From a virus (taxonomy: Duplodnaviria > Caudoviricetes): a stretch of DNA of 64,000 nt. The DNA lies in IMG/VR virus record IMGVR_UViG_3300035670_000009, positions 32,001 through 96,000 of that record; one strand, written 5' to 3'. The position numbers and the translations under genes are program-made. The notes beneath the pieces were generated by a model. That model had not been told where the DNA came from and did not search any database. It saw only the letters and a program-made list of their open reading frames with translations. Of this stretch, positions 45,836 through 55,496 are shown piece after piece. The stretch's first letter is position 1, and each line of letters opens with the position of its first letter.

Positions 45836-46780
45836 TCAAGACAATCTGCTGTGTCCCCAGTATTTCTCGATGCCTTTGGACAGCGACAAGAATTCTTTGG
45901 TGTACCCTGCTGCTCGCAGTCGAGTTAGGCTAGCTTGCGTGCGAAACTGATACTGGTTGCGAAGTTCTTTTGGCATCGGAATCCAAGCGCACTCAGCGCC
46001 GAATTTGTTGCGCTGCTGCACTGAAATAGCGTTGAAGGCCAACTCATCGAATAAATCGTAAAACGATTGCGCCTGACCAGTTCCAACGTTGTAGATCCCC
46101 GAGGGCGCCTCTTTCAGTGCCCACAGGACGACTTGTACAACGTCGTCGATATAGACAAAATCCCGAAAGATATCTTTGCTCCCTGCGAAAAGCGTTGGTT
46201 TTTCGCCGTTGTTTACTTGCTGGATCAAGTGGTACGCCACGCTGGCTAGCCGACCTTTGTGTTCTTCGCCTGGACCGTACACATTAAAGTACCGCAGGCC
46301 GACCACTCTGTTGACCGCCTGTGTCAATCGACCGCGGACGTACTCGTCAAACGCCCACTTCGAGATAGCGTAAGGCGTTGTCGGGTGTTCGTATTCAGGC
46401 GATTCGATGCACTGGGGTCTACCAGGACCATAAACCGCAGCGCTCGAAGCGTAGATCAGCGGACAATTTGACGCCTGCGCCAGGTCGAACAGATCCACCG
46501 AAAAACTGTAATTGGCCAGCATGATGTTGCGACCGTTTGACTCGGTGGTGTCCGAGTTTGCGCCCTGGTGAATAATCGCACTAAGCTCGGCTTCGCGCGT
46601 TTTACCTTTTCCCAGGTCGCGATAGTCGCAATAGTAGTAAAACTTACTACCGGCGAGGTTTTGCATCTTGCGCCCATCGGTCAAATCGTCGACGCAAATA
46701 ATGTCGTCGCGACCTTGATCGTTGAGGGCCTTCAAGATATTTGAGCCAATAAAGCCAGCAGCTCCGGTGAGTAGGATCAT
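45836..46780 (-). CDS. hldD: ADP-L-glycero-D-manno-heptose 6-epimerase
   Basis: TGAAGFIGS, HQGANSDT, YASSAAVYG, YAISK, RYFNVYGPGE.HKG, RDFVYI. Confidence 0.92.
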   Translation of the reverse strand: MILLTGAAGFIGSNILKALNDQGRDDIICVDDLTDGRKMQNLAGSKFYYYCDYRDLGKGKTREAELSAIIHQGANSDTTESNGRNIMLANYSFSVDLFDLAQASNCPLIYASSAAVYGPGRPQCIESPEYEHPTTPYAISKWAFDEYVRGRLTQAVNRVVGLRYFNVYGPGEEHKGRLASVAYHLIQQVNNGEKPTLFAGSKDIFRDFVYIDDVVQVVLWALKEAPSGIYNVGTGQAQSFYDLFDELAFNAISVQQRNKFGAECAWIPMPKELRNQYQFRTQASLTRLRAAGYTKEFLSLSKGIEKYWGHSRLS

Positions 46781-46801
46781 TTTTTCTCCGCGTCAAACAA
46801 C

Positions 46802-47035
46802 TCAAATTTCTGCCATTTCATTGTCGTTTTCTTCATTGTCGTCTTCAGTTTCTGCGTCATCCTCGAGCTCTGTCGTGTCAAACAGCTCGCACGCGGTGAG
46901 CATGTCGTTGTCGCTCAAATCGTCCAATCGTGCAAGCAGCGCGTTGCGCAAATCCAGCCCAGAAAGATCTAAACCGTCTTCTCTGGCGCTGACGATTTCA
47001 AAAGACAACGTGTACGTGTGTTCAAACTTTGGCAT
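46802..47035 (-). CDS. Hypothetical acidic protein
   Basis: 77 aa. Confidence 0.6.
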   Translation of the reverse strand: MPKFEHTYTLSFEIVSAREDGLDLSGLDLRNALLARLDDLSDNDMLTACELFDTTELEDDAETEDDNEENDNEMAEI

Positions 47036-47474
47036 TGGTGTCCTCTTCTAACGACGGCAACATTTTGGCCATGTAATCGACAAAATGATCGCGAAGGTCT
47101 TCGGCTTTGTAATAGTCACCGCAAATACGCGCTCGGCCGCCAACAACAAAACGCACAGCGCCTTTGTCAGTGACTGTTACATACCACGCGACTTTTATTG
47201 CGCCGTCCCAGTCGGTGAGATAAAGAGACGTTGGCGTGACCTGTATAGCGTGCGCTTCAAGCGGCACAAGCGGGCGATTATCGTTGTGCTCTCGGCTGCC
47301 GCTGCCGCGCCAGTCTGGTACTTTTAAGTGCTTGATCTGTTCCCAGATATTCAAAATTTCTGTGGCAGCAAACCCGTCAATACCGGCCTGTTCGCGTTCT
47401 TTGGCCAGCTTTTCCGCCGCGGCTTTGGCCGCTGCCAGTTCGCGTTGCTTATTCCGAATTAGTTCAATGCTCAT
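47022..47474 (-). CDS. Hypothetical protein
   Basis: 150 aa. Confidence 0.65.
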   Translation of the reverse strand: MSIELIRNKQRELAAAKAAAEKLAKEREQAGIDGFAATEILNIWEQIKHLKVPDWRGSGSREHNDNRPLVPLEAHAIQVTPTSLYLTDWDGAIKVAWYVTVTDKGAVRFVVGGRARICGDYYKAEDLRDHFVDYMAKMLPSLEEDTNAKV

Positions 47475-47794
47475 ACGTAAGTGTTTCCGGCTGCGCGCTC
47501 TGCTAGCACGTTGTTTACGCTGCGGGCAAATTCGCTATGCGGCGGCAAAATGTCCCAGATTTTCATTTCGACATCGATAGCGAAATAGTCGCCCGCGTGG
47601 TCGAAAACGCAACGTACATGCGGCGCACAGCGCTCGCCCGCTTTGTGCTCGTGCAGGAGCGTGTACTTAGGTGTGTAGAACCCGTCGGGCAGGTTTGCGA
47701 GAAACGATACGCTAGTCGCGCGGTTGTAGCCCAGCTCAAGTGCGCGCGCATTGGCGCGCTCAAGTAGGCCTTTAGTGAAAACACGGGGCTCCAT
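47471..47794 (-). CDS. Hypothetical protein
   Basis: 107 aa; ATG overlaps a palindrome variant. Confidence 0.65.
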   Translation of the reverse strand: MEPRVFTKGLLERANARALELGYNRATSVSFLANLPDGFYTPKYTLLHEHKAGERCAPHVRCVFDHAGDYFAIDVEMKIWDILPPHSEFARSVNNVLAERAAGNTYV

Positions 47795-47800
47795 AGATAT

Positions 47801-48265
47801 TTATTCCGCCGTCTGGGCGGCCTCCTTTTTCTTCTTGGCTTCTTCTTCCCACAGCTTCTTGAGCTGGTCGCGGACTACCAGGTCGTGCCCGGCCTGTATC
47901 TGCGCCAGCTCACGCAGCGTCTCTTTTTCCCAGGGCGTGTTGACCGAAAGATTGTCTGGCCAACTGGCGTACTCTTCAGCGTTTTCAGGGCTGAATCCGT
48001 TCGCGATGAGAATGCGCTGCACGTTGTTGCAAAACAACCGCTCGGCGTGCTGCGCGTTTTTAACGAACTCTTTGTCGACGTCCAGGTTGTCTTCAGCAGC
48101 AATTCTGTAACGGTAGATTGCCTCAGCGAGAGCGTTGACAATTTCGGCCGTGCTGCCGCAGTCGTTTTCAAATGCCCCGGCAAACAGGTCATAGATGATC
48201 TCGCGCGTGTGCTCGGGATCGAATTCGTTATCGTGTCGCATGATGTAAGCAAGTCGGGCGGTCAT
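47801..48265 (-). CDS. Hypothetical protein
   Basis: 154 aa. Confidence 0.65.
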   Translation of the reverse strand: MTARLAYIMRHDNEFDPEHTREIIYDLFAGAFENDCGSTAEIVNALAEAIYRYRIAAEDNLDVDKEFVKNAQHAERLFCNNVQRILIANGFSPENAEEYASWPDNLSVNTPWEKETLRELAQIQAGHDLVVRDQLKKLWEEEAKKKKEAAQTAE

Positions 48266-48648
48266 GCAACCTCCATTGGTTGTTCAACTAAAGTCAAGTT
48301 TTCTTCAGCCAGCACAACGTTTACGATCCGCATAATATGCGGGTCGCGCCGTTCGCACTCCATACGGACTTGATCAGCCAGCATTAAAATGCGTTTTTCG
48401 CTGTACCTTTTGGCTTCTGAAATAAGCGCTTTTCGGCCATGAAACAACAGCGTCTTTTCGATTGTGCTGCCCTGATACTCTTCTGTTTCAATTGGCGTAA
48501 AGTGCATGTAAAAACCGCGCGCGTTGTTGCGATTGTCGAAATAATTAACGCCGCCGTCTTCGTAGCCGACAGATACCTTGATGAATTTGATCGGTTCTGT
48601 GGTTGGAAAACGGTGCACGGTAATACTTCGTTTGCCGCTGCGGGCCAT
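48262..48648 (-). CDS. Hypothetical protein
   Basis: 128 aa. Confidence 0.65.
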   Translation of the reverse strand: MARSGKRSITVHRFPTTEPIKFIKVSVGYEDGGVNYFDNRNNARGFYMHFTPIETEEYQGSTIEKTLLFHGRKALISEAKRYSEKRILMLADQVRMECERRDPHIMRIVNVVLAEENLTLVEQPMEVA

Positions 48649-48680
48649 CGTGAGTTTCTCCTAGCGCGTGTCGTCGTTGC

Positions 48681-48992
48681 TCAAACGGGGGCGGACTGCG
48701 AGCATTCCGTATTCTCAGGCGCTACGGCCACGATTGGCGGAGCCATCTGCGCACGAAACGTCTCTACGATTGGCGTCAATTTGTCGTAGAGCGCCAATAC
48801 TTCATCGTAGTTCATAAACACGCGAACACTCGTTGGGCCGTCGTATTTGCCTTCGGATAACACGATGTAGTTGTAGCGTGGCCCGACTTTTGAATTTTGT
48901 GACGCGCGCACATCAGGATTAAAGTTGTGAATGTCATATGCGGTTTGTGTTGCATCAGATTTGACATACACGCTCAACGGCATGATCGGCAT
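48681..48992 (-). CDS. Hypothetical protein
   Basis: 103 aa; RBS AGGAGG. Confidence 0.65.
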   Translation of the reverse strand: MPIMPLSVYVKSDATQTAYDIHNFNPDVRASQNSKVGPRYNYIVLSEGKYDGPTSVRVFMNYDEVLALYDKLTPIVETFRAQMAPPIVAVAPENTECSQSAPV

Positions 48993-49105
48993 AAAACCTC
49001 CTAGTGGCTCGTGTAAACGGGTTCGGCGCGGGTGTAGTCTTTGGCGCAGGCCGCGTACACACGGGCCCGGCCAAAGATATCTATCGCGGACGGCGTCCTC
49101 AAGAC

Positions 49106-49687
49106 TCAGTCGAGAACGCGCTGAATGCGCTGCGCTTCGTCAAGCGTGCGCTGAAAGATGACGCGATACGTGCCGCAGGGCAACTGCCAGTCTCCGTGTT
49201 CGGGATGAACCACGGTGTTGGGCTGCGACAGCTTGAAAATGGGACCAGCCATCAGCACGGCCTCTTCAAGCGCCGCGCGCTCTTCGCTGTAATCAAGCCG
49301 CCAGCTCATGATCTGACCGGAACGGGGCATCTTGACGCCGTGCTTGGCGTAAACGTGCTTTGCGACAGCTTCGTCGGTCTGTACGGGGAGCCACATCTCG
49401 ACTCCGTCGGCGCTTGCCAGGCAGTGCCGTGAGCCCTTGGTATTGCCCGGAGCCAGCTGAAGAACCGGCTGGTCGACACGAGCGTAGATATGCGCAGGGA
49501 TCTGGACATCGTCGCTGCCCAGAAACTGGATTACGACGTCGCCCTGGCGGACCGCGTCGCCGACGCTGGCGGCATCTGAAAAAATCTGCAGGCCGTCATT
49601 CTTGACGGCTTCAACAGCCCTGGCGATATCGCTGAGGGTTTTGGTAATAGCTGTAGTCTTCTTCTTGGACAGAGTTGCAGTGGCCAT
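49106..49687 (-). CDS. Conserved phage protein (RQGDV...HPEH family), partner of the DUF6745 protein
   Basis: VRQGDVVI...LAPGNTKGSRH...VHPEHGDWQLPCGTYRVIFQR. Confidence 0.65.
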   Translation of the reverse strand: MATATLSKKKTTAITKTLSDIARAVEAVKNDGLQIFSDAASVGDAVRQGDVVIQFLGSDDVQIPAHIYARVDQPVLQLAPGNTKGSRHCLASADGVEMWLPVQTDEAVAKHVYAKHGVKMPRSGQIMSWRLDYSEERAALEEAVLMAGPIFKLSQPNTVVHPEHGDWQLPCGTYRVIFQRTLDEAQRIQRVLD

Positions 49688-49712
49688 GGGTAGGCTTTCC
49701 TTGTAAGAGTGC

Positions 49713-51221
49713 TCAGGACGCGCCAAGCAGGCGCACGGGGTAGTTCATTAGTTCCACGACATCCGTTGACGCACCAGCGTGTAGCCATCGCTGGCCTTCT
49801 TCGCATGTGTTGATATCTTCAGGCACAGCTAGAAAATATTGCCGCGCGGTTGATCGACAAGCTAACACCAGCTTGCGGCGTTTGAACGGCGTGTTTTCTC
49901 TGACTACTCGCCCGTTAGCCCATCCGGTTGTTTCGAGCGTGTCATCAATTTCAACCAGCGCTTCAATCGTGTTGTCCACGTCATTTTCGCGACTGTCGAC
50001 GATTCTTGCGCCGATTTCTTCGAGGTATCGACTCCATCCGTAAACTTCAATCGCGATTCGTTTAACTTCTTCGTTTTGCTCGCGCTGGATATCGGCAAGT
50101 GTCAACGTTTCAGGCTTGTCGACGATCTTCTCGCCGAGCATTCCCAACTGGTGTCCGTCGACCCAATACTGTTTTGCGCCGTCTGGGTAGACGACCGCGG
50201 GGCCTTCGTCGTTGTGTAGCTCGCCGTCTTGATTGCAGTGAACAGTCGGCCGCCCCAGTAACACCAGCGCCTGTGTTCTGAACGTCATCACCATAGACGC
50301 GGCATGGACTAGTTCGCGCTGCCACGTAAAGTCGGGGCGCGTAAATTGCATTCCAGTGCACAGCACTTCGGCGTCAATGTAGTTTGTGCCCCAAGAACTA
50401 TCGATCCCCGAAGCGTCAACTCTGCAGTGCGTTGCGGTGCGGGCGCGGCTGCTGTTGGGAATGTCGGCGAGGCGCGCTGACGCTTTGGTGCCGCTGTCAT
50501 CGCGCTGCCAGAAATTGCCTAACGTAACTACATCGCCAAACCGCTGACTGCGCTGGTGTTTGGATTGCGTAACATTGAAAACATTGCTGTTTTCCAGGTT
50601 GCGCAAAATAACATTGCGCGACACGGGTGGCAGGTCACCAAACGCGTCGGCAAAAAGTGCGCGATGTTTTTCAAGTTCGTTTTCGTTTTCGCGGCGTCGT
50701 CGCCGCCGCATTGCCGATGTTTGCACGTCGTCGCTGTTTTCGCTAAACACTGCCGCAATGGCGCCGCGGATTGGCTTTTCGAGCGTCTTTTCCCAGGCTT
50801 CTGCGAGGGCTGAACTAGACCGATACCAGTGCGGGTCGTTTCGGGTGTGAAGGACGGCTTCTCGACGCAAATTGTTGATAAACCCGTCGTTGATGCCGTA
50901 GGCGGCGCACATTTCTTTGGCGGCAATCTTGGAAAGATAACCGCGCAAAACGCCCTCGGCAATGCGAAACGCCAGTGGCGAATGAACAATGTGCAACTTG
51001 GGCGGACTCAGCTTGTATGTCTTCCAGACCCAGGTCGCATTCTTGTTCTTCTTTTTGCTTTTGTGTTTGAAAACGCGGCTGACCTTCGTTCGGCGATAAA
51101 CCGGATCAAGAATTTTCTGAACGCGCTCTGCGCTTTCAGGAACGGCGCCCGCCATAGTGCGAGCCCAGCGGCTTACAACATCAACAATCAGCTTTTTGTT
51201 ACGTTTAGCCAGTCGGGGCAT
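49713..51221 (-). CDS. DUF6745 domain protein
   Basis: GELHNDEGPAVVYPDG...YWVDG...EQNEEVKRIAIE.YGW. Confidence 0.7.
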   Translation of the reverse strand: MPRLAKRNKKLIVDVVSRWARTMAGAVPESAERVQKILDPVYRRTKVSRVFKHKSKKKNKNATWVWKTYKLSPPKLHIVHSPLAFRIAEGVLRGYLSKIAAKEMCAAYGINDGFINNLRREAVLHTRNDPHWYRSSSALAEAWEKTLEKPIRGAIAAVFSENSDDVQTSAMRRRRRRENENELEKHRALFADAFGDLPPVSRNVILRNLENSNVFNVTQSKHQRSQRFGDVVTLGNFWQRDDSGTKASARLADIPNSSRARTATHCRVDASGIDSSWGTNYIDAEVLCTGMQFTRPDFTWQRELVHAASMVMTFRTQALVLLGRPTVHCNQDGELHNDEGPAVVYPDGAKQYWVDGHQLGMLGEKIVDKPETLTLADIQREQNEEVKRIAIEVYGWSRYLEEIGARIVDSRENDVDNTIEALVEIDDTLETTGWANGRVVRENTPFKRRKLVLACRSTARQYFLAVPEDINTCEEGQRWLHAGASTDVVELMNYPVRLLGAS

Positions 51222-51240
51222 TTGTCTTTCTGTTGCGTGG

Positions 51241-51483
51241 TTAGTTGTGGTCTAGGGCTTGTTGCACGGCTTCGTCGTATGCGCTGTCCAACTCTTGAGC
51301 AATTGCGCAGTGACTGGTTTTTAAAGAGCTGGTCAACCGCGGCGGACGCGTAAAATCTGCAGGCGCCGCGGGTGTTCCCACCATAATTCCCGCCGCGACC
51401 GTTTCAGCTGCGTTGCGGTCGATACAATCGACTACAAATTCTTTGTTGTGTGTTTCGGAAACTTGAATGCGAAAAGTTGCCAT
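51241..51483 (-). CDS. Hypothetical protein
   Basis: 80 aa from ATG 51483. Confidence 0.55.
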   Translation of the reverse strand: MATFRIQVSETHNKEFVVDCIDRNAAETVAAGIMVGTPAAPADFTRPPRLTSSLKTSHCAIAQELDSAYDEAVQQALDHN

Positions 51484-51569
51484 CGCGCCTCTGGGTGTAA
51501 AAACCACGAGGACGCACAAGTACGTACCTGTGCGCCCTCCGTGGCGACAAAACTGACAATCAAACCGGT

Positions 51570-51938
51570 TTAACGAACCGGCTTGACAACTGTGCGGTTG
51601 TTGTTGCGGATCACAACGCCGCCAAACAGCCGCCGACGCACAGTCTCGACCGCGTTTTCCTTCACGGCGTACTGGCAGTTCGGGCCGATGCAGGTGCTTT
51701 GCGCACTGCTGGCGCAGCGGCCGCCGGGGCAACGGCGCGGGCCTTCCACAATCACGACCTGCCGCGCGGGTTGGCTGTCCACGACGACCGCACCGCGGGC
51801 TGCGGGGGCCTGTGTGGGCGCCGGAACCGCTGCGGAAGCCGCGGCAGGCGCCGCGCCGTGATTAACGACGCTCACCGGCTCGTTGGCCGCGACAACGCTG
51901 CAAAAAATCGCCACGAGGGCAAAAAGAACAGATTTCAT
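51570..51938 (-). CDS. Small secreted protein (signal peptide), planctomycete-like
   Basis: MKSVLFALVAIFCSVVAA signal; Ala-rich linker; CPGGRC; RRRLFGG. Confidence 0.7.
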   Translation of the reverse strand: MKSVLFALVAIFCSVVAANEPVSVVNHGAAPAAASAAVPAPTQAPAARGAVVVDSQPARQVVIVEGPRRCPGGRCASSAQSTCIGPNCQYAVKENAVETVRRRLFGGVVIRNNNRTVVKPVR

Positions 51939-52049
51939 TCTTCACTCCTTTACAAGTAACAAACCAAAAGCCAGAGCGTACAAGTGCTCTTAGCTGTATT
52001 GCCGTGCGCGCTCATTCCGTTGAACGCGCGCAGTAATTGTGACAGGCAG

Positions 52050-52811
52050 TTATTTCTGCGCCATCACACTGTCAATCCATTCTCGAATATCTGCGTCACT
52101 AAGACGCGTGTGCCAGGATTCGTGCCCGTAGCGGCTGATGTTAGTTTCGCCGCGACCGTGCACCACGCTGGAATGGATCCCGCAAAGTTCATTGCCGATA
52201 AAAAGGCCGCCGCCACTATCGCCCGGGCCGATCAAGAATTCGAGACTTGTGCGCTTTCCTTTTGACACTGAGCACACTAGTTTGCCGCCTGCTGCGGCGT
52301 CAACAATGTTGCTGCCTGCGCGTTTGTGGCCGTCGCTAATCGTTGCGCCGGTCGAAAACGTGCCGGTGATACCGTACCCCGCGATGCTCACAACCTTACC
52401 GGCTTCGTCGTTTTTTGAATAGAGTGGCGGATAGAAATCGAGCTGAATTTCTCGAACCGAGCGGCCGACTGCAACATCCGTCGTTTTGAGCGCATCTTCG
52501 CCAAAAGACGGATGCGCGGCCATGGCAGCAAGCGGAAAGCTTTCTCCGGTATCCAGCTTGATTTCAAATTCGTCGCATTCGCCAACGGCGTGGGCGGCGG
52601 TGAGTACGTAGTGGGGCGCGATAATCACGCAAGACGCAATATGCTGCAATTTGCTTTCTTTGCGGCAAATAATGCGCGCAACGCAACGAAATTTGGCCCC
52701 GTATTCCAGATGTTTGTGATCGGGAACGTTAGGATCGCGCGTTCCGCCGTAAGCGGTCGTGGCTGTTAATGCACAGCTGAGCGTTGCCAAGCACAGTAGG
52801 CGAGCAAACAT
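52050..52811 (-). CDS. Secreted trypsin-like serine protease (S1)
   Basis: Signal peptide; VLTAAH, DVAV, GDSGGGL catalytic triad. Confidence 0.9.
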   Translation of the reverse strand: MFARLLCLATLSCALTATTAYGGTRDPNVPDHKHLEYGAKFRCVARIICRKESKLQHIASCVIIAPHYVLTAAHAVGECDEFEIKLDTGESFPLAAMAAHPSFGEDALKTTDVAVGRSVREIQLDFYPPLYSKNDEAGKVVSIAGYGITGTFSTGATISDGHKRAGSNIVDAAAGGKLVCSVSKGKRTSLEFLIGPGDSGGGLFIGNELCGIHSSVVHGRGETNISRYGHESWHTRLSDADIREWIDSVMAQK

Positions 52812-52886
52812 TGTGCGGCTCCGGATGAGGGAACAGCACCAGTTTACAAACTACAGGCCGGTGACGTCACGTTCGCGCTGGCGGCG

Positions 52887-53159
52887 TTACGTGTTCAAAG
52901 CGTCTTTTACGGTTACAGGCCCGTTGGCCAGGCGCGTGTCGAGCCACGCTATTTCGGCAGCAAGCGCCTCGCTGCGTTTAACAAATGGTCCGAGCACGGG
53001 CCCGCCCACGGGCCTGAGATCAGCTGTCCAACCGGCGCCTGATGCCGCAGGCTCGACGTGAGAGGCGCGCCGGATATACACGTCACCAAGCGCACTCAGA
53101 TCAATTGCTTCGTCATAAATTGCCTGAATCGTCCCGTTTGGTCGAACAAACAAGTTCAT
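52887..53159 (-). CDS. Small conserved protein of the Ycf46/DUF1257 cluster
   Basis: IYDEAIDLSALG...IRRASHVEP...WTADL.PVGGPVLGPF. Confidence 0.65.
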   Translation of the reverse strand: MNLFVRPNGTIQAIYDEAIDLSALGDVYIRRASHVEPAASGAGWTADLRPVGGPVLGPFVKRSEALAAEIAWLDTRLANGPVTVKDALNT

Positions 53160-54175
53160 GTTCGCTCCATGCGCATGATTCGGCGTTGTCGCACAGCCTC
53201 GAGGTTTGGTTCTGGTCGCGCCAATATCGGTCCTCTGCTTGTTGGCGCGGGCGCGGTATTTGGATTGAGCACGCGCTGTACCATGTTGTGAATGTCGGCT
53301 GGGCTGCGCAAAACAAAATCAACAATAGATCGAGTGACAAGACTGTCAAGCGCCGCGCTAACTGTGTCGTCAAATACTACGCAGTACATTCTTGTGTTTA
53401 AAAAAGTGGTCCCGTTGTGCAAGACCCATCGCGGCGTGTTTACATGGGAATTGATAAATAGTCCCATTATGGAGATAAGTGTGGCTTCAACCGGCCCTGG
53501 AAGCTCAATGTTGGTGTTCGTTTGTCGCGCGTGATACTCGTTTGGCACAAACGTTGTAATGTATGAATTTACAATACGCGCGTTACCGTCTGCCAGAACG
53601 TTGGTCAGTTCTGAATTTTCAGCAACAGTTGTACCGCTGATTCCCAAATAGCCGTTACAACGACAATTAAATAGCCGCGCGTTACCGTAAATTCGCGCCC
53701 AAAAATAGGCTTCTGGGCCGACAATATTGGTATTGACAATAATTGCGTTTTGAGAAATTTCTGTGTTGCGAGATACACGAGACGAGCCAAAAACTTTAGC
53801 GTTGCCGCTAACGCGAGCAAAGCCGTTCAACACGCCGTCATCAAAAAGTATCGCATCGCCGCCGAGTTTTGCGTGTTGGTCGACGTGCGCGCGGTCGAAC
53901 ATTTTTGATCGGCCGCAAACATGTCCGCGGCCAGAAACTCGACATCTGTCATGAACGCGCGCAAAGTCATAAACTTGCGCGTTTCGCGTGACGTTTGCAG
54001 TGGGCGCAACCCAGGCTGTGTCGGCTACCCAGCCGCCGCCGTTATCGTGACGATGGGCGAATACGCGCCCTTTGCCGTCTTTAAAATCGTGTTTGGGTGC
54101 GCGCTTTATGCGAACTTTTGGCGGGTTTGCAAAATCGGGCACCATTGGGTCGACGAGTTTATCAACCACGGTCAT
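53156..54175 (-). CDS. Hexapeptide-repeat (left-handed beta-helix) protein
   Basis: NGGGWVADTAWVAPTANVTRNAQVYDFARVHDRCRVSG... hexapeptide repeats. Confidence 0.7.
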   Translation of the reverse strand: MTVVDKLVDPMVPDFANPPKVRIKRAPKHDFKDGKGRVFAHRHDNGGGWVADTAWVAPTANVTRNAQVYDFARVHDRCRVSGRGHVCGRSKMFDRAHVDQHAKLGGDAILFDDGVLNGFARVSGNAKVFGSSRVSRNTEISQNAIIVNTNIVGPEAYFWARIYGNARLFNCRCNGYLGISGTTVAENSELTNVLADGNARIVNSYITTFVPNEYHARQTNTNIELPGPVEATLISIMGLFINSHVNTPRWVLHNGTTFLNTRMYCVVFDDTVSAALDSLVTRSIVDFVLRSPADIHNMVQRVLNPNTAPAPTSRGPILARPEPNLEAVRQRRIMRMERT

Positions 54176-55137
54176 CAGTCAAGCCGCATCACGCGACGAC
54201 GCGGCTGGTTTGCAAGCACCGTGTCGAGCGCTTCGCGCACTTCTCCCATTTGTGTGGAAAGCGTCTGCCGAAGATCGCCGTTGGCTTTCACGGCCTTGGA
54301 GTCAACACCGGCAACAATGGACTGCGCGCGATTGATGAGCGCTTCCAACTGCGTGTTGCCGCGCACGTTCATCTTACGAAACTCATCAGCAAACTCGGCG
54401 AAATTTTCCACCGTAGAGTTGCTGAATCGTTTTGTGTCGCCCGAGTCGACACCGCGCAGCCGTTCGAGCAGATGGTCAATCAACTCTTGGAGCCGCTCGC
54501 CGAACGCGTTTTCAGCGAGAATTACCGCCTGTTCAAACCGCTCCTGGACGCGCGCCTGCTGCTGGCGATAGAGCGCCGGATTGTAATTTAACAAGTACTG
54601 CGGCGGCTCGATGCTGGGGTACTCCCAGCTCAGGCCGAACACGCCCTCCAGGCTAGTCGGGTAGTCGGCGGCGTTGTACAGCTCGCCCAGCCGTTCCCGG
54701 GCGTCGGCTTTGATCGCCTCGTAGTGGTCTTGAAGCGTGGTGACGGCGTCGTTGAGCCGGTTGCGAAACGACTGCATCTGTTCTTCGAAACGTTCAATGT
54801 CGTCGAACTTGATCAGCCGGACGCCCTCCTGTGGATACGGCAGACTGATTCCGCGCAAGAACGCGCGGGCCTGGCTGCGCACCGCGGTGGCCGCCTTATA
54901 GGCGGGGTGCTTGGTATCGATCAAAACCTTACTGGCGCGCAGGTTTCTGGCGTCGGCGTGGAACGCGTCAGCAGCTTGTCGCGTCTGACTGTCGGCGAGC
55001 TTCCGCTGGGTGCCGAGCCACGTGAAGCTCAGCTCTACGGCGCCCATCGAAGCCCGCATCTCCTGCGCGGCTTCTGCGACGGGAGCGCCGTCGCCAACCG
55101 GAACTTCTGGCGGGGCCATGTCGAGCGTTGCGCTCAT
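54175..55137 (-). CDS. DUF3150-like protein
   Basis: GAVELSFTWLG...ASKVLID...SLPYPQEGVRLI...LYNAADYP; lies in the Ycf46 cluster. Confidence 0.55.
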   Translation of the reverse strand: MSATLDMAPPEVPVGDGAPVAEAAQEMRASMGAVELSFTWLGTQRKLADSQTRQAADAFHADARNLRASKVLIDTKHPAYKAATAVRSQARAFLRGISLPYPQEGVRLIKFDDIERFEEQMQSFRNRLNDAVTTLQDHYEAIKADARERLGELYNAADYPTSLEGVFGLSWEYPSIEPPQYLLNYNPALYRQQQARVQERFEQAVILAENAFGERLQELIDHLLERLRGVDSGDTKRFSNSTVENFAEFADEFRKMNVRGNTQLEALINRAQSIVAGVDSKAVKANGDLRQTLSTQMGEVREALDTVLANQPRRRVMRLD

Positions 55138-55152
55138 GCAATGTCCTTTCTT

Positions 55153-55434
55153 TTAACTCTCGAACGGAAGTAAACGACGACGAATACCGCTTATCGTAAA
55201 TCCAGGCACTGGCACGGACGTTTGCGCTGGCGGTGGCGAATGAACTGGCGTCGCAGGTTGTTCTGTTGCAACCACGACGATCTGCCCTTCTGCAGCGAGT
55301 TGATGGATTTCGCCGCCCGGGCCGCCGATGTACAGCGCGCGGTCAGCAAAATTGTAAGCCAGCTCGCCCGTTGCCAAAGTTTGTGGCACGGCGCCGGGCT
55401 GACCTGAGCGTTTGATGCGAATGATTGCGGGCAT
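55153..55434 (-). CDS. Small protein with a tail-fibre-type N-terminal motif
   Basis: IIRIKRSGQPGAVPQTLATGELAYNFADRALYIG. Confidence 0.55.
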   Translation of the reverse strand: MPAIIRIKRSGQPGAVPQTLATGELAYNFADRALYIGGPGGEIHQLAAEGQIVVVATEQPATPVHSPPPAQTSVPVPGFTISGIRRRLLPFES

Positions 55435-55496
55435 GGTTAGCGCGCGCGACTACACAGTCGCGGGGCGACGATTCTCCTGGCTGGATAGATATCTAT

